DNA of 64,000 nucleotides from Emiliania huxleyi CCMP1516 (taxonomy: Eukaryota), in contig NW_005201249.1 of the NCBI RefSeq assembly GCF_000372725.1, forward strand, positions 210,198 through 274,197. Reading direction: 5' to 3'. Shown in pieces: positions 60,258-64,000 of this stretch; position 1 is the first letter of the stretch, and every line of letters starts with the position of its first letter. A model generated the notes under the pieces. That model made no database searches. It was not told the origin of the DNA and worked only from the letters and a program-made list of their open reading frames with translations. The position numbers were made by a program, and so were the translations under genes.

Positions 60258-60443
60258 CACAGCTTAGGCCTAGTGGATGCAGGCCAGAGAGAGCAGGCGG
60301 GTAAGGCCGGGGATCGTTGTCTAGAGTGCAGCACGCACATACACCGCGTGCCTCTGTGTTAGTTAGTTTCGCGCCGGCTAGGAGAACTGTTCAGGCTGAA
60401 CACTTAAACACGTAGTATACCATTTTTAAAACGAGGCGGGTAC

Positions 60444-61481
60444 TCACCCCGCCCTGCTGTTGTTCGACTCTCGGAACTTGAAGACAGAGTACAGGATGCC
60501 TCCGAGCGTGTTGATGAGGACGCCTGCGAGCCCAAACCACTGCAGCCGCACGCGCCCGAAGAGCCAGAAGCCGAGCAGCGTCGTCGTGACAGCCTTCAGG
60601 TTGCCGACGATGAGCGTGGTCACGGCGCTCGTCACAAGCGTGCACCAAAAGAGCAGCAGCTGGAGCGACGCGCCGATGGCCAGCGTGAGGGCGAGCGTCG
60701 CGCCAAAGGCAGGCTCGCGCCAGTGGTCGTACGCAGCCAGCCTCGAGGCCTCGCCGAGGAGCACGGCCGGCGCGACGAGAAGCGGCAGGGCGAGGAGCGA
60801 GGAGTAGTAGAGCAGCCCCTGGGCACCCAGGGCGAGCTCGTCGTCAGCGCGAGCTGCGAGGACGAGGTAGAGGGCCTGCAGCACGCACGACGCCGCCGCG
60901 AGGAGGTAGCCGAGCACGTTGCGGTCGAGGTCGCCGCAGCCAGCGACAAAGGCGCCCGCACACACGGTGAGGACGGACACGCGGATCCGCAAGCTGAAGG
61001 CCTTGCGGCGCAACAGGGCATCCAGCAGCATGGCCGGCAGGGGCGACATGCGCTTAAGCGTCTGATAGATCGGCACGGACGAAAGCTTCAGCGCCCACAT
61101 GCCGCAGAGCACGTTGAGCAGCGAGAGGACGCTGACAGGTGCAACCAGCCGGAACGCACTCTCGCCGTCGAGGGCAAAGTTGAGCCGCAGCGGCTGGCGG
61201 TAGCGCGTCTGTGCGGCTAGATGAAGAAGCAGCGCGGTGAGCGCATTCTGCAGGAGGATGAGAGAGAATATGCAGTCAAACTGCCATGACGAGAGCAACG
61301 CCTTGTTGCTGAGCGTCGCGACCACCGATGCAGTACCATACGCGATCGCAGCGGCGAGCGGAACCCCGTGCCTTGAGAGAAGGGTGGGGCCACGGTCCTT
61401 CCCGACGACAAGCAACTCCTGCGTCTCCTGCAATGTGGGTGGTGGCGATCCCATACACACACGTGTGTTATGCCTGAACAA
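60444..61481 (-). CDS. Nucleotide-sugar transporter (TPT/SLC35D-like), intronless
   Basis: AYGTASV...LSNKALLS, ILLQN, SVPIYQTLKRM, TSAVTTLIVGNLK and GGILYS; ~10 TM segments. Confidence 0.85.
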   Translation of the reverse strand: MFRHNTRVCMGSPPPTLQETQELLVVGKDRGPTLLSRHGVPLAAAIAYGTASVVATLSNKALLSSWQFDCIFSLILLQNALTALLLHLAAQTRYRQPLRLNFALDGESAFRLVAPVSVLSLLNVLCGMWALKLSSVPIYQTLKRMSPLPAMLLDALLRRKAFSLRIRVSVLTVCAGAFVAGCGDLDRNVLGYLLAAASCVLQALYLVLAARADDELALGAQGLLYYSSLLALPLLVAPAVLLGEASRLAAYDHWREPAFGATLALTLAIGASLQLLLFWCTLVTSAVTTLIVGNLKAVTTTLLGFWLFGRVRLQWFGLAGVLINTLGGILYSVFKFRESNNSRAG

Positions 61482-61498
61482 AAAAACCGCGATTGCGT

Positions 61499-62370
61499 TG
61501 TTTCATAATCGAAGGCTAAGCTCACGGAGTGGGAATCAGAAATGTGGTCCTTGCGCGAGGGGAGCTCGATAGACTCGAGGGGCCAGGATACGCCGCGAGG
61601 AGGACGGAGTTGCAGGTAGGTAGGTAGAAAGGTGAAGAACAGCCAGGCTCGGACTGGACACCAACGCGGTATGGGTGGACGCTAGACAGATGATGACGAC
61701 ACGCACGAGCGACACACAGACACAAACAGGCTCCCAAGACACACAGCCAGCTGGCTGCCACACACCCTGAGTAGGCGTACACATAACTCAGGGCCACATC
61801 CTCCCTGTCGCCCCCCCCAGCACTCCAAGGCACCAGAAGAACAAACAAGGAGTTGCGCCGAAAGGCGAAAGAAGCCGCGAGAACAAGGGACCGGCAGGCG
61901 GCGGCGTCACAGGACGAGGCAGAAGAGAACGACGCGACAGAGGAGGAAATGACAAGGGAGAGAACGACGAGAGTGGGACGACCGCGAGGTGGCATGAAGG
62001 TTGCAGCGAGAAGCGGCGAGAGACTGCGAAGAGAGATAGGAAGAGGCAGACTCCCTAGGGTGGGCGACGGCTAGCGCACCACACACCTCTCCTTAAAATC
62101 CCTGTGTGGTGGCGGCGTGCCGTCCTCCCATCCCTCCCTTGGGTTGTCTGTTTTCTTTCTTTCTTTAAGGCTAAGCTCAAAAAAAACAAAAAAACTGCAA
62201 AAGAAAAACCCAGGGCGTAGTGTTCTTGCTCCAAGTGCTTGCGCTTCGGCGTTCAGTGTGGTGCACTAACCTCCGAGAGAGAGAGATTTGTTTTGTTAAC
62301 CTCCGCGAGAAACCCTTCGTATCGCGCCTCATCGCAAACCCTGTTGCAGTCCTCCTCCTCCGGGAATGTA
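61499..62370. repeat. Mosaic of at least six short dispersed modules
   Basis: Segments match 43262-43290, 41118-41224 (rc), 48390-48467, 36896-36999, 45309-45378 (rc) and 33483-33521. Confidence 0.85.
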
Positions 62371-62748
62371 GGTGTGTTGAAGCCAATCGACCCTCGTAAC
62401 AGTCAATGCGGGAAAAAAACCTCGCCCGCTCGGCGGCGGCTTGCCAGCCCTCGATATCGGACGGTTCTTGTGCGAGTGCGCGGCTCTCGACGACGGCAGC
62501 TGCAATGAAGGCGGCGCTGGGACGAGTGATCGGCGGCTCTGCTTCGCGAGACCAGAGCCCGGCGCCGCTGCCTTCTGATGAGGGCAATGATGCGACGATG
62601 TGTGTTCTCGAGACGAGACGAGTCGTAGACACACTCGCCTTGTAAGATCATTCTGGCCACCCCACCTCCTTCAGTGCTGCAACGGTCGATGGAGCCGGCG
62701 CCTCTGTTTACGACCCGCCGACCGTCCCTCGCGACCACCGCTCGGCTC

Positions 62749-64000
62749 AGGTACATGAAGCACATGACCATCTCGAGCGACAACTCGGAGTACTCGCAGC
62801 CGAGTGGGCAGCGCTCTGGGATGCAGCGGGCCAAGGGCCAGCCGAGCGGCGCGCAGCGCAGCGGCGCGCAGGCCAAGGCTGGCCTCGCCGTCTCCTGGTT
62901 TGGAGTGCCTCTGGCAGAGCAGCCGACAGAGGTGAGCAGAGAGCGGGAGAGAGCGGAGAGAGACGCGGCCGGAAGGGGTCCTCCTTGTCAGTGCCGAGGC
63001 GGGAGCGTGCACCGGAACGAGCGCCCAACGGCGGGAGTGCGCCCACCAGCCCTCGGCTCCGGCCGTGCCTCTTTCTCTCCCTTGTCGCAGGTCGATCGGG
63101 TAGCGGAGTGGAGGAGCGAGCGGAAAGTGCCGAAGCTTCTCGCCGCGCTTCGGCGCGCTCTCGACGAGAGCGACGGGATGCAGGAGGGCGGGCTAGCGCG
63201 GACCCCCGCTATACCCCTCCGGCTTGCTCCTCCACTTCCCTCGATCACGGCCCAAGGTAGCACCCGGGGGCTAAAGGGGGACCGAACGGCGTAGCGAGGA
63301 GGGAGGCAGCGCCTATATACAAAGATATGCCGCTCACGTCCCCGCTGCCTGGGTGAGCAGGAGGAGGGGATCTTCCGTACCGCCGAGGCGGCGGGCAAGC
63401 TCTCCTTCATACGCGAGCGGCTCGAGCCGGGCGCGACGTCACTTCCGAGACGGTACCGTGACGGCTGCGAGGCTCTCGTCCTGTAGGCAAGCGGCTCGAG
63501 TCTCCTCGGCAAGCGGCTCCTCCTCATATAGGAGACTCTTCCGAGACTCGTCCTGTAGGCAAGCGGCTCGAGTCTCCTCGGCAAGCGGCTCCTCCTCATA
63601 TAGGAGACTCTTCCGAGACTCGTCCTGTAGGCAAGCGGCTCGAGTCTCCTCGGCAAGCGGCTCCTCCTCATAGGAGACTCTTCCGAGACTCGTCCTGTAG
63701 GCAAGCGGCTCGAGTCTCCTCGGCAAGCGGACTCCTCCTCATATAGGAGACTCTTCCGAGACTCGTCCTGTAGGCAAGCGGCTCGAGTCTCCTCGGCAAG
63801 CGGACTCCTCCTCATATAGGAGACTCTTCCGAGACTCGTCCTGTAGGCAAGCGGCTCGAGTCTCCTCGGCAAGCGGACTCCTCCTCATATAGGAGACTCT
63901 TCCGAGACTCGTCCTGTAGGCAAGCGGCTCGAGTCGGGCGAGGACCCGGACGCCGTGCTCGAGGGTTGCTCCTGCCACGCCGTGAGCACGCTCATCAAGG
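62749..64000 (+). CDS. RhoGAP-domain protein (multi-exon, runs off the window)
   Basis: Spliced WFGVPL...KVPKLLAAL...GMQEEGIFR (Arg finger at 63376-63378)...LESGED...CHAVSTLIK. The start is uncertain. Confidence 0.75.
63475..63935. repeat. Minisatellite, ~6.4 copies of a 70-73-bp unit, inside the RhoGAP intron
   Basis: Units start at 63475, 63547, 63619, 63689, 63762, 63835 and 63908. Confidence 0.95.

Noticed and set aside
62574..62620. CTGATGA as a hammerhead ribozyme core
   Set aside because: No correctly placed GAAA or flanking stems.
63475..63935. CRISPR-like regular array
   Set aside because: The units are identical end to end with no unique spacers and there are no cas genes; it is an intronic minisatellite.

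Overview
This is GC-rich eukaryotic genomic DNA with many short GC-AG and GT-AG introns, intronic 10-13 bp satellites, SPPPP-rich secreted proteins and two 100-N gaps. The style points to a haptophyte draft genome, probably Emiliania/Gephyrocapsa huxleyi; that is an inference, not a database result. About 20 genes or gene fragments are recognisable from motifs: MAPEG, F-box-like/kelch, sulfotransferase, a giant multipass receptor with a cytosolic TIR domain, an extensin-like protein, SGNH esterase, a PH-domain dynamin, a VWD-like protein, DUF1275, CmcJ/NvfI oxygenase, two small plastid-targeted proteins, CRAL-TRIO, TPR, mitochondrial carrier, RsfS, RPS15A, C2, SDR, nucleotide-sugar transporter and RhoGAP. 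Intergenic DNA is dense with mobile elements: two truncated CRE-like RLE non-LTR retrotransposons, a Ty1/copia relic, four TIR MITEs with target-site duplications, and short recurring modules that are reshuffled into mosaics just upstream of genes. The best candidates for new biology are (1) the TIR receptor, which keeps the catalytic Glu and builds its ectodomain from phase-0 one-repeat exons; (2) the promoter-proximal modular repeats and the AAAATTCTTTT motif; (3) intronless enzyme genes bracketed by repeats; (4) a plastid presequence shared by two unrelated genes; and (5) a RhoGAP intron made of amplified splice acceptors. Exon structures were inferred by eye and no searches were run.
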